Assembly (NCBI RefSeq): GCF_000315625.1
Contig: NW_005434656.1
Location: 603,741-667,740 of the forward strand
DNA length: 64,000 nucleotides
Origin: Guillardia theta CCMP2712
Lineage: Eukaryota; Protista; Cryptophyta
Direction: 5' to 3'
This document shows positions 13,093-24,874 of this stretch, piece by piece. The notes under the pieces were generated by a model. The model saw nothing but the letters and a program-made list of their open reading frames with translations, had not been told where the DNA came from and searched no databases. Numbering within the stretch: the first letter of the stretch is position 1; every line of letters begins with the position of its first letter. Position numbers and translations under genes: made by a program.

Positions 13093-15646
13093 TCTCGAGG
13101 TAGCGGGAGATGCCCGGGGCCAGTCGAGTGCTCTCACGCAGAAGAGGGAGTCGCTTCTTGGGTATGATCTTTCTCAGCTCGCTCACTGTCTTGGGCGGTT
13201 TCGGCGGTTTCTGCATCACTAAACTTCGTCCCAACTTCACTCCGTGCTTCGCGTCCCACGCAGACTGTTGAATCTGCGAGGTCCGCGGGTCTTCAGGCCC
13301 CCATCTCCTGACGGCGAGGAGGACAGCATGGTCGTAGGCCTGCATGGCTGCTTCCTGCTCTCCTGCGTACTCAAACTCGAGGCCGAGGTTGTTGAAGGCG
13401 ACGGGGATAAGATCTCCCGCCAAGGAGTCAGGGGCGGAGACCTGCCATGAACGTCACAGCCAGCAGACCGGCTGCAGTGGCACCCGCCTCGTTCTCCCAA
13501 TCCTCGTCGTGACAGAGCATGTCTACGGCCTCCTTGGCAAACGCCAGCGCCTGCCATCGATCAGTCTGCCCATCGCCCCGCAGCCGAAGCTGAGGTACCT
13601 CCTCATGCTGCTGCAGGCTCGACAGGGTGGTGCAGATGTTGATGACTGTTGCTGCATGGCTCGGCTGCAAGGATGTGAGAACCGGGAGGAGCCAACAACT
13701 TCGATGTGATGAACACCTCGTAGTCCATGTTGATCTCAATGCCTGCCGCCTGCCGCAAGTACTTGAGGCTTCCTTGCATGTCTCCTTTGCTGTTCAGAAG
13801 ACATCCGATGTTGTTGTACGTCTCAGCCAGAGTTTGTTGGCTCTCTTGGAAAATGGACATGCTGTGACTCTGTCGAACGAAGTGAAGAGCCTCCTTCCTG
13901 ATACGAGGCAGCTCCATGAGTTCAACCGGAGAACGAGCATCGCAAGACGTCAGAACTTACAGCAGTTGGTCCGCGATCCTCAAAGCTCCTTCCTTCATGC
14001 AGCTCCTGGCGGCAACATTGCAAGCCCTTGCGAAGGAGAGGACTAGGACGCTGCTCTGAGGATGGCCAGAGCCCAGCACAGAAACCTTCTCCATGACGCG
14101 CGCCTGGTACAAGGATCAGTGAGTCCTCAGGCACTGCATGGCCGGCGCCTACCCCGTAGGCAAGAAGCTCCTTGGCCTCTGAGATCGCTCGCCTCTTGCT
14201 CGAGAGCAACTCATCCTCAACGCTTGCTGTTGCGCCTTGACCGCCGCTGCTCTTCTCTGCCCGGGAGCTGCTCAGCTTCTTAGATACCGAGCGAGCACCC
14301 AAGATGTCCAGCCCATCCTCGTCTTCAGCTCCTTGCCGGGCCGCATCATTCTCACCGCTGGTCCTCTCCCCTTGAGCTGACTCTCGAGAGTGCTGGGGCG
14401 GCTGAACGTCGATATGGTCTGTTTCCGCTGAAAAGTTCTGCTCTGAGACTCCCGCAACTTCACTCGAGGGCTGATGGCTCGACATAGGAAAGCATTGAGC
14501 TGCAACATCATCAGTCACCTGTTGCTCTTCCTCATTGCCGTTGGTCCCTTGACTGCCTTCTGATTCAACACGTGCTTGCATCGTTGGAACCAACATTTCA
14601 GCCCCCTTTGCGAACTGATCCTCACCAACATCTGCAGCTCCCGTCTCCGCCGCCCCTCCAATCTCCTCTGCCCCTCCCTCGTGTGCCTCTCCTCCCGTAT
14701 CCGCAGCTCCTCCCGTCTCCGCCGCCCCTCTCTTCTGTGCCGCTGCTGCCATCTCTGCAGCTCCTCCCGTCTCCGCCGCTCCTCCCGTCTCCGCCGCCGC
14801 CCCTCCAATCTCCTCTACCCCTCCCGTCTCCGTCTTCGCCCCTGCTCCCGTCTCCGCCGCCCCTCCCGTTTCTCCCTCCCCTCCCGTCTCTGCCGCCCGT
14901 CCAATCTCCTCCGCCTCTCTCTTATGTGCCGCTGCTGCCATCTCTGCCGACCCTCCCGTCTCCTCCCCTGCTCCCGTCTCTGCCGCCCCTCCCGTCTCCG
15001 CAGCTCCTCCCGTCTCTGCCGCCCCCCCTCTCTCGTGTGCCGCTGGTCCCATCTCCGCCGCCCCTTCCGTCTCCGCCGCCACTCCAATCTCCTCTGCCCC
15101 TCCCGTCTCCGTCTCCGCCCCTGCTCCCGTCCCCGTCGCCCCTCCATTGTGTACCGCTGCTACTATCTCTGCCGCCCTTCCCGTCTCTGCCGCCCCTCCC
15201 GTTTCTCCCTCTCCTCCCGTCGCCTCCGCCCCTCCCATTTCTGCCGCCCCTCCCGTTTCTCCCTCCCCTCTCGTCTCCTCCGCACCTCCAATCTCCTCCG
15301 CCTCTATCTTATGTGCCGCTGCTGCCATCTCTGCAGCAGCGCCCCCCGTCTCCGCCCCTGCTCCCGTCTCCGCCTCTGGTCCCATCTCCGCCGCCCCTCC
15401 CGTCTCCTCCGCTCCTCCCGTTCCTGTCTCTTCTCCTGTCTCTGACGCTCTTCCTGTCTCTATCGCTGCTCCCGTCACTGCGACCGCTCCCTTCTTCTCA
15501 GTGTTCTGATCCTCCTTGTTGGCTACATTGGTGTCTTGTAGACGTTCATCTTGCTTCGTCCGCATTTCCAGCGACTCTGCAGGTTGATCCAGTATCGGCA
15601 AGGTGTCAACCGGAGTAGGATGTTTTGCTCCTTCTTTTTGATCCAT
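13040..15646 (-). CDS. Protein with a long Gly/Ala/Glu/Thr repeat region followed by TPR repeats
   Basis: (GGAAET)n region. TPR motifs LAETYNNIGCLLNSKGDMQGSLKYLRQA, INICTTLSSLQQHEE|ALAFAKEA and AFNNLGLEFEYAGEQEAAMQAYDHA...GPEDPRT. Confidence 0.75.
14637..15440 (-). repeat. Coding degenerate 18-bp minisatellite (GGAGGGGCGGCGGAGACG)n
   Basis: Many tandem variants encoding GGAAET, GAGAET and GGEGET. Confidence 0.9.
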
Positions 15647-15789
15647 TGCTGAAGTACAGGATTTCCGCCTAGATCAGCTTCTTCTCATCTATCTTATCAA
15701 CGAGTCTGCATGTCGATCGGTCAGTCTCCTCCACCCTTCCCGACTCTCCGCCTCTTCTTCATCCCGTTGCTTCAAGTACATGATTTGCT

Positions 15790-16640
15790 GGGCCCAGGGC
15801 CGTTGGTATGGACCGTTACATATGGTTACACTGCACCGTGCAGCATCGGACATTTCAGGTACGGCATGACTCAGTGACTAGCCCCGGCCGGCCCGGCCGG
15901 GCCGGGCTGCCGCGTCCGAAACCGTCGCATCATCCAAGGATTACTCAAAGTCACTCGTAAATTAAAAATCAGTACGAGGACAATCAGGAGAGTCGAGGAG
16001 GCTTGAAGCCTGAGAAAAGACCGTCCTGACAGCTCGGATCCGGCGGGCCGGGTGATCTTTACTCAGGCTCGCTCAGTCACGGGCCGTCATAGGCTCAGTT
16101 TTCTCTTAAGGCAAGTTCTACTGCTTCGGACGGCCCCGCGGTGCCACGGTGGGATCCCGCCGCCGGAGTCCGGGCCCGGACAGTGGCTCCGAGGAGTACT
16201 AACTAAGTAGCAGCAGCAGCAGCAGCAGCAGCCTCAGCAGCAGCAGCAGCGCTGAGCAGCACTGGCCGCAGCAGCAGCAGAGCCTGACCCGACTCTGAGG
16301 GCATTGTAATGGCATATGCTCAGCGGCACGTCTCTCGGCCCGGCTCGAAACGCATCCCGAGTCCGGCGGTCCAGGATCTTTCATCTCTCAATCATTCGTC
16401 CATCGCCCAGCCTGTGCGCTCCTTCCGAAGTTCTTGTTGGCCCGGAACTAGTCGGACAGCAGCTCCTGGACGGTATGAAAGGTCCTGCGCGCAGTTAAGT
16501 GAAGGTATCCGATGAGTTAAGTTTGGGGGACCGTACAGCATCCTGCAGGAGCCTCCGAGGCTTGACCCACTCTCAGCCTGGTGACTGTACTCGGCACTGG
16601 GCAGGCCCGGGCAGGCGGCTGCGCGGGCTCAGTACCTGTT
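15790..16640. other. Class-1 intergenic palindromic-word island containing a dispersed repeat core and an interrupted (CAG)n
   Basis: GGCCGGCCCGGCCGGGCCGGG, TGACTCAGTGAC, GTAC and TTCCGAAGTTC; core CAGTACGAGGACAATCA at 15970-15986. Confidence 0.7.
16209..16280. repeat. Interrupted (CAG)n microsatellite, non-coding
   Basis: Directly visible; three interruptions. Confidence 0.9.
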
Positions 16641-17108
16641 TTAGCATCATATTACTTATTATTCCGACTGGTACTAATTTTCTTTACTTTGGTACCGAGA
16701 CAGAAAAAAAAATGTTGCCAACCGAACGGGTTCTTTCAACTTTCGACTCCCCCACCTCTAGGAGGACCCGGTCCGTAGACCGGAAGACTGGGGGTCTCTC
16801 AACCAACCCGTGAGGAGGTGGTGACTTCTTACATGGGTGAACGCCTACGACTAATACTAGAAATCATAGTGCCCCCTCACCACCCCTAAATTGTTGCTCA
16901 TGACCACCGGTGAGAATAGGTACTACCGTAGGCGGGCTGGAGGAATGTAGCGATGACAAGGGGAATGAAACATTTATTTTTGAGTAAAGAGATATTCCGT
17001 CCTCCCCGCCATCTGTTCTCCACCCTCCACCCTCCACCTTCCACCCTTGAGCCTCTATCCTCCATCACCTGAAGTCACTGAAGCTCTAACACAGTTGTAA
17101 GGATACCG

Positions 17109-17717
17109 ATGACTCTCCCACTACCATCTCGCTATGCTCTTGACGACCCGATGGCTTCTGATCCGTTCTTCCATCTACCTATTGATGCAGAAGTCAGTCA
17201 TGGTGACCTAGCAACATCGTCCTCGTTTAGCACCTGCCTGTGCTCGAGCCTCGAGCTCGATGGCTGCACGGTGTGTAGGACATATCCTCGGCAGGACCAA
17301 GCCGTTGACCTACCTCGGATCGACAGTCCCCACGTAACTGCGAGCACGAGCACAGTAGCTGCACAACAGGAGGTCGAGGTGGGACGATGGGACGTGGCTG
17401 CCCGTAAGAAGCACAGCAAGGCGTGCATGGGCAAGAGCCGGCTCAACGTAGAGAACAAGGTGGAGATTGTCTGCCTCTATTATTCCTCTGCAGCGTCGTC
17501 GAGATACAGGAGGCCGATGCGCCAGCGGGACATCTCAAGGATGTACGGGAAGAGCCGTGCAGCAATCAGCAAGCTTCTGAGGCCAGAGTATGCTTTTGAG
17601 CTCATGATGACAGCGGAGGGTTTGAAGGTGCGCAATCGCAGCGAGGTACTGGAGAACATCAAGCAGGACCTCCTCAAGGGTTCAGCATCCTCCTCGAGCC
17701 CCCCCAGCAGGGGATGA
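17109..17717 (+). CDS. Small intronless protein with a CENP-B N-terminal/psq-like helix-turn-helix DNA-binding motif
   Basis: KSRLNVENKVEIV...MRQRDISRMYGKSRAAISKLLR matches the R.L..E.K..I...Q..IA..YG.S.S.IS.IL pattern. Confidence 0.65.
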   Translation: MTLPLPSRYALDDPMASDPFFHLPIDAEVSHGDLATSSSFSTCLCSSLELDGCTVCRTYPRQDQAVDLPRIDSPHVTASTSTVAAQQEVEVGRWDVAARKKHSKACMGKSRLNVENKVEIVCLYYSSAASSRYRRPMRQRDISRMYGKSRAAISKLLRPEYAFELMMTAEGLKVRNRSEVLENIKQDLLKGSASSSSPPSRG

Positions 17718-17959
17718 TGCCGAGACTTCATGTCCTATTGAGCTGATGCCATCCCATGCTCTGATTGAGTCTTTTTGGAGTTGTCCTCCGACCGGGCATC
17801 GTTTTGATTTCTGTTGAAATTTTTCAGCAAGTTGGTAGAACTCCTTAGTCCTGAAAGTGAATTCCGGCAGCTGGTAGAGAGTATAGTATGATTGTAGGTC
17901 TTTCATGTGAGACATTCTTTGACAGCTCTGTCTCTTTATAACGATAAACTTTGATAATG

Positions 17960-18520
17960 TCACACAGTCATATAGTCACGACTCTCAGCTAGTTACGGTG
18001 CTAGTACGGTGGTTGAAAAGTCGCGAGTCGCCTGCCGGGCACTGCCAACTGAGTCGGCCCTCAGTTGGCACCGTACTGCAATCTTACGGGTGACTGAAAC
18101 CCGGGTGACCGACGCACTCTCAGCGCGGCAGAACGTGACTCGGCACTTCAGGCTACGGGGAGCAGAATCTGCCACGAATTCAATCATTGGTTCAAACGGT
18201 ACTACGGTATCAGACTCCAGTAAGACTCTGCCTCGGCAAACTTGGGCTTAACTTAAGCTTAATCGACGGCAGCCACGGTCACTGGGGACTGCCACGGAGT
18301 GCAGAACTTCCTGGCCGCCTCCGAGTCCGCGGCACTCCGGGAGTCGGCCGGGAGGGCCGCCACTGGCTCCAGGCTGCGGCGACTGCCCGGGCGGCCGGGC
18401 CGACTCGCGCCGGGCCGGGCCGCACTTCCGAAGTTCGCCGGCGGCCGCCCGGTGCACTGCAGCAGTGACGCCGGGTGGAAAATTAAACGGTTGAGTCAAA
18501 GTTGTAACGGTTGGCGTTCG
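17960..18520. other. Class-1 intergenic palindromic-word island
   Basis: Same word set. 11-bp hairpin TGCCAACTGAG-N6-CTCAGTTGGCA at 18043-18070, CTTAACTTAAGCTTAA and ACTTCCGAAGTTC; AACGG pair at the right edge. Confidence 0.7.
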
Positions 18521-19022
18521 TTGGATAAAACGAACAGGATGGAGGAGGCAGGGCGGGGGGACGCGGAAGAAGGGGGGGGGGTAGGGAAGTGGGGAAGGAC
18601 TCGGATGGTCTTCAAGGAGCGATCCAAGAGGTTGAGCAGAGAGTTTGGTTTGCTTGTCTCCGGGGATCTGATGTACTGCAACCTTGAGGAGCACAAGCAG
18701 AGATAGCACCTTGGGATGGGAAAGACCATGGGATGCCTTGGGAAGTGATAGGTAGCCTCGGCCAGTGCAGCCCAGACAGTGGGGACCAGATATGAAGGAG
18801 CAGAGGCAGAGAAGGGTTTTCAATGAGTGAAGGAGGGAGGCCCGGAAACGGTAGATCTTAGCAAGTGGATAGCACAGTACGTGTAGGATGATCTTGTATG
18901 CTGTTCTCTGAGTTGTTAGAAACTGATTTGCTTCTATTTGCAGATTATTGGATATTAACGTGATGCCTTGCGCTTAGAAAACTCAGATTGCAGTCATACC
19001 TTACAACACATTGACTTTGCAC

Positions 19023-22000
19023 ATGTCGCCAAAGAGTTTCATAGTGACCTTGGTGTCTCTCTCGCTGGCGTCGTTATCTCGCGGGGAGGAGGGGGATGTT
19101 CTTGCGAAGGAGGACTTTCTTTCAGGGAATGACGGATGGAAGCTCGTCGGTTCCGGCTGGAGCAACGAAGGGTTGATGCATGAAGCTAATCGTATCCTTG
19201 CATCCGAAGACAGGGAAAAGTTTGACAAGTCGTGGTGGTACGCTTCGCCGCCCACGTTCTACAAAAGCAACGCAGCCGATGCATACAACGGCTGGCTCAA
19301 GTATACTCTTGGCCACTTTGAGTATGAAGATCAGGGATCAAATGTTGTGTCAGACTATGATGTAATACTAGTGAGCAAACGAAAGCGATTTTCCGTTGGG
19401 CTCAAGGGAGTCTTCCAACTCTCAGACTCCACTCTCATGCACGAGTATCAAGTCAGACTCGAAGAGACTTTTCAGCCCAATGCATCCACTGCTTCATGGG
19501 AGCTCATCAATGGCAAGAAGGGAAAGCCAACGAAATTTGACTTCGTTCAATGCCTTTCAAACTTGGCAGAAATCAGGATTCGTGGTTCATACTTCAAGGG
19601 CTTCGAAGTCTCTTTCTTGCAAGGTGTCTCGATCGTCGAAGGGCGTGTTGACAAATCTGGAAGGTATGAAGGCTGGGCTCAATCTGGAGGAATCAATCAG
19701 GGAGCAGAGTACGACTTGATCAACGGAGTGAAGGTCTACCGAGCTCGCAAGTCCGCACCGGCTGCTAGCGCTACCTGCTGTGCCAGCAAGACTTGTACAA
19801 CGTCTGATCGTTTGATGCTCTATTTTGATCGCCCCGGATGCATGATGTCTTCAGATCCCTTCTGCTCCAGTCAATATGCGCAGTCCAAGGCAGCAGAAAT
19901 AGTGGAAGGCACGAGTCTGAACGAAGGGAGGATATTCGAACTTCCTCCACGTCCCATCTCTTGCAGCCGACTCATCGACTCGCATTCGTCACTCTGCAAT
20001 GATGGAGTATGGGAGGTTGGAACCCACAATCAGAACATGGGCTGGTCTGCGATCCCTCTCACAAAGCCTTTCATGCACTCGTTCTACTTCAACTCTGTCC
20101 CGCAGATCTGCTCGTCAGCCACTCTCACTGTGGAAGTGCACGGAGATCTGCAGTACGCTGGAGACAGCATTCTCGTCTATGGCGAGGACGGGGCATTCCT
20201 GGGCTCCTTGTTCAACGGCAACCTGACGTACATGGAGGAAGGACAGCGACCGTACGATCCGTCAGGGCCGCAGACTGTCTGTGACTCGCCGTCTGTCCGA
20301 GGCGGGTCCAGTCCGGATGCAGCTGGGAACACAAACTGCAAGAACTGGGTGGGCGGAGGGGCTGCACAGTCGAGCTCACAAGGATCTGTTGCTGTTCCCT
20401 ACAAGGACAGCATCGTGATATCGCAGTCAGCCATGCTCCGGTACTCTTCGGACGAGCAGATTATGTTTGCTTTCAAGTCCATCAGGAACGAGGGGCTGTA
20501 CACCGGAACGGCCGACACCGCGTCCACCACCTACTGCCACAAATCACCTTCGTCGGGCGGGTGCAGTCTGGATGGAAGAGTTATCTTCCGCTCCCTCAAG
20601 CTCACCTTCTCTCCTGGGCTCTGTTTCTCTAAGAGGATCTTCCCCGAGGATCCGATCGCCGTAGACACAAACCAACAGGATCCCCTCCCCCTGACTATTC
20701 CCCTGTCGTTTTCCATCCCCAAGGGCAAGGGGAGCTTGCCATCAGGAGACGGTGTGATCTCTGTCGTCGCAGGCGCCCTCATGACCATCGATCGTGATAA
20801 CTCCATCGTAAGAGCAACTCACGTTGACTCAGTCGGGGGGTGACAGTCTTGTGCAGGAAGCGTTCGTCTGCGCGGGGGCAGCGCCAGCTCAGGTAATTCA
20901 TCCTTGCATCTGTTCGTGCAATCATGGAGGAGCAGGGAGTCGGCGGGTGTACATATGTCGGAAGAATGTTCGATCGATCTCCAGTGGATGGCCTGCAGTC
21001 GTCCTGGGCAGCCAACCCGATGCTCCCGAACCTCCTCAAGGAGCAGTACGCTAACATCACGGACACCATCACCGTCCCACGGGACATGCTGGAGCCTCTA
21101 GTGGTAGGGGACCAGGTGAGCCGGCCACCGGCCTTGGGCTATTGCTTGTCCTGACCCTCTTGCAAGGTTGGAATCGTCCTGAGGCTCAATTTTACGGGGA
21201 ATCGCGCAGTTCGGATCAGCCCGATCTCGTTTGCGTACCCTCTCATGTCCTGCTTCCATCGCACCTTGTCTTCGGTGACCCCGAGCGGATGACTGGGAGG
21301 GAGACTGAGCGACAGGTTTCAGGGTCCAAACTTCAAGAGGTTCCTCGAGAGGCCCAAGGTCTACTTGTTCTCCGAGGACGGTGAGTCAGTAGACTCTGAT
21401 GAGCTGGTTGGCTGAAGCTCTTTGACTTCAGGTTTCCCCGTGCCGGCTGGTGAGGTCACGATGACTGTAACGGCTAAGTGGGGACTGCACACAAGATACT
21501 CGGGCCTCAACAACTGCAGACTGGATGGAGGAAACGCATGCGGCGGCAACTTGGAAGGGATGCCGAAGCTGAGAGTGGACAAGGTAGAGAGGATCTCCCA
21601 CCTTCTTGCTCGTCTGATCTGATCGTCTAGGACACGCTGGACAATCTCGGAGTGGTGACGGTGTGGAGGGAGCTGGACGGAACCGAGTGCTGCCCAAGCT
21701 CACAGGCTGACGTGATCACCAACGTTGTCTGGGGGACTGGCAAGGTGACTCTCTTGACTCTCCCCTGCTGGCTTCTCACTCTCCCGCAGCTCGAGAACTG
21801 CTCCAAGTCCATGAAGCTGTCAGTGTCGGGGGGCTCGGGCTCAGGGTTCACTGCGGACATCGCGGAGATCACTTCGTTAGGCTCGATCTCAAGGGTCACC
21901 ATCACCAACAACGGCAGGGGCTACACCTCCGACCCCTCCATCGTCGCCAGCGACGCCAAATGCAGGTGCACCCCGAAGACCTACACGTGCAGCAGCGGCA

Positions 22001-22911
22001 ACTTCGGCTCGGCCCTCACGCCGGGTACTCACGGGACCACCTTCACCTCTGCTGATGCCTGCGTCTCCTCCTGCACCAACGTCGACGGGTTGCATGGCCT
22101 GTGCTGTCCCCCCGGCAGCCAGGCGTCGCTAGACGGCGACATCCCCGTCTGCAACCCTCCTGTGAGCCTCCCCGGCAACGTGGCTGGGAACCTCGACAGC
22201 TGCATCCGCCCGGTGCGCACGGGATGCGGGGGGTTGAGCGTGTGCTCGGCAACGGCCACGTCGCAGCAGGAGAACGTGATCCGCCGCCTCTACCCGGAGC
22301 TGGTGGAGCAGCACAGGAAGTGGCCGCACGGCTTCAACTACCTGCAGGTGCACGCGGGCTACGAGGGCGAAGCTCTCGGGAACTTGTTCCTTAAGGACTA
22401 CACCCAGGTGCTCGCCCGTCTCCATCCCCCCTCCCAATCGGCTTTTCTCCTGCTTCCAATCTCTCACCCCCCGCCCTTCCCCTTCTACATCCCCCCTGAC
22501 GCTCGCCCAGTACTCTCCGCACTCCTTCTACGTCGACTCCATCAAGATCCCCGCCGAGACCTTCAAGCGCGCGATGGAAGGCAGGAGGCTCGAGTTCAGC
22601 ATCTCCACCCCCCCCGGCAACGAGCCACTCGAGATCGCCTCCATCACCATTGGTTACCCGGTGACAATGTACTCACAAGCTCCCTCCCTCCTCACGCTCC
22701 TCAGGTCCTCGACCCCTCCGACGCTCAACTCGTTTCCAAGGACTCCGTTGACCTCACGGAGCTTCCCAGTGATCACTGGCTCGGCCCGGCCCCGAGCTTC
22801 TTGAGCAGCACATGGAGCGGCCAGGGAGACCCAGAGGTGACAACGCAGCCGACCTCGTCGACTTTTCAACGTCCTTCCTACCAAGGCTCTCCCATAGTAG
22901 CGCAGAACTGA
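19023..22911 (+). CDS. Secreted protein: laminin IV type A (laminin B) domain plus three beta-rich internal repeats and a Cys-rich insert
   Basis: Signal peptide MSPKSFIVTLVSLSLASLSRG. EDFLSGNDGW...WWYASPPTF...DAYNGWLKYTL...YQVRLEE...FVQCLSNLAEIRIRGSY is the laminin-IV signature. Several short introns. Confidence 0.75.
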
Positions 22912-22983
22912 TTCCTCTCCTCCTCCTCCTCCTCCTCCCCTTCTGATTAAGAGCCCCGAGCTCCTAAAGTTTCGTTGGCGTGC

Positions 22984-24874
22984 TCAGTCGCTCTTGACAC
23001 TGCGGAAGATTCTCCACACGAACACTCTGGCTCCAAGGTAGCCGATGGCCCCGCAGATGATCCCCAGACCCTGAGTGTCGGTCAGCGCATCGTCCCTGAC
23101 CCTCACAGAGCTCTCACCACACACATCATGAGAGTTTGTCCGAAGTAGAAGCAAGTTTGAAACAAACCGTACCTGCATCGCTTCAGTGAACCAGAGCACT
23201 CTACCGTTACTCTTCCCTCTCTCCCTGCTTCCCCCCCCTCCTATTCTTCCCTCTCCCTCACATCTTCGTCTTCGCCATGAAGAAGTAGATGGCGTAGAGG
23301 AAAACATATCCAGAAATCGATGCCGAGGACCAGAAGACAGTCCACGGCCACCTGTAGTCTTCCGCGTTCAGGAGGAAGTAAGTGATGACGATGCTGACGC
23401 AGGAGGTAACGATGAGCATGATGGAGAAAACGAGCAGGATGAAGCCGTAGACGTAGTAGAACTTGTAGTTCCAGAAGGAGGTGAAGATGAAGTACATCTC
23501 GATGAAGATGCTGCCGAAGGGAAGGAGGCCACCCAGGGGGATGAGGATGGAGAAGTTCAGGTACCAGCGCTTGTCTGGGATCTGCCGGGGGATCAGCGCG
23601 ATCCGTGAGGGCGGCTGGTAAGGCCTGGCGAGGTTTCTCCCCACGATCGTCCCAAAGAGAACGAGGGGGAAGGAGACGAACAGCCAGATCAGGAGGAGGA
23701 TCACCATGGTGCCGAAGGGGATGGCGGCCAGGGAGCTGTAGGAGACGGCGACGAGGTTGAGTGACATGGTCACGAGGACGCAGAAGCCGCTGTAGCCGCA
23801 GGCTGTGAACATCATCGTCTTGATCCACGAGTTCCCCTTGCTCTGCACGTAGAACTGCCCGCTGACGTACCCGGCCGCGAAGGAGGAGAGGGCGTACACA
23901 ACGACGGCGGTGGAGGAGACGGCTCCTCTCCCGATGTAGAGCGTGCCAATGATGGACAGGATGGTCGTGCAGTAGACCATGAGGATCAGCTGGATTCCTG
24001 TGCCAATGAGACCGCAGAAGAGAGGATAGTAGGGAGGAAAGCGGAACACGTCTCCCTGCACCTGCTTCCATCCTGTGTCCTCCTGTCCCTCCCCTAACGA
24101 TTCCTCCTCGTCCAGGTGCTTGGAGTACTTGTGGAAGTCGCTCTTGAGCGTCCTCATCAGGATCAGCCCCACCAGTCCCACGAGGAAGATGACCATCATG
24201 AAGGAGTTGAAGATGGAGAACCAGTGGATCTGATGCTCGAAGAAGTCTTGGTCCAGGTACCTGTTGAACCTCTGCGAGAACTTCTTGCTTGTTGGGTGCC
24301 ACTTCACAGAGTACGTCCACTCCAGCTGCTGGTTCAGCTTCAGCAGAGCTGGGTTGTCGTTGGTGAGATTCACTTCGATGATTCTATCTCCGTTGTACGC
24401 GATGCTGAAGTGCTTGTGCGTGAAGATGTATTTCTCGTCGTCGCCCGAGTGATTCCCGAGCTTGCTCTCTCTCACCTCCCCCACCATCGCCCACATCGGC
24501 AGCTCGTCAAGGACCAAGTTGAACCAGTAATGGTTCGACACTGCGTACTGGAACATGTCCAGGGACCGCTTGTCCAGCTTCACTGCGCAGTTGAGGGCCT
24601 TCTCGACATCGTGCTTGAATGATATGCCGTAGTCGCTCTTCACTAGAGAGTTCCCCTCCAGCGCCTCCCCCAGCCCTGCCCACTTGGACTGCCACTTGTC
24701 CGCGTTGAGCCGGCAGAATGGCAGCGTGTAGTAGGAGTAAGTCTCCTGAGGGTTCTCATACGGCCCGATCTTGTTCGCCCACAGCGTTACAGACTCGTTA
24801 TCTGTGTACCTCTGAGTTCGCTCGTCTGCCTTGACGGCTCCTGCCAAGACAAGGAGGCAGAGAGCAAGCTTCAT
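22984..24874 (-). CDS. TM9SF3: Transmembrane 9 superfamily (EMP70/nonaspanin) protein, TM9SF3-like
   Basis: NKIGPYENPQETYSYYTLPFC, IHWFSIFNSFMMVIFLVGLV, GWKQVQGDVFR, GGLLPFGSIFIEMYFIFTSFW and LNAEDYRW; C-terminus ...VKSD. Confidence 0.95.

Noticed and set aside
14572-15618. Long Pro/Leu/Ser-rich and Arg/Cys-rich plus-strand ORFs
   Set aside because: Antisense shadows of the coding 18-bp minisatellite in the minus-strand TPR gene.
16742-16756. TTCGACTCCCC resembling a tRNA T-loop
   Set aside because: No matching T-stem 5' arm, D arm or acceptor stem.
23186-24622. Overlapping ORFs of 140-359 aa around TM9SF3
   Set aside because: Alternative-frame artefacts of GC3-rich codon usage.
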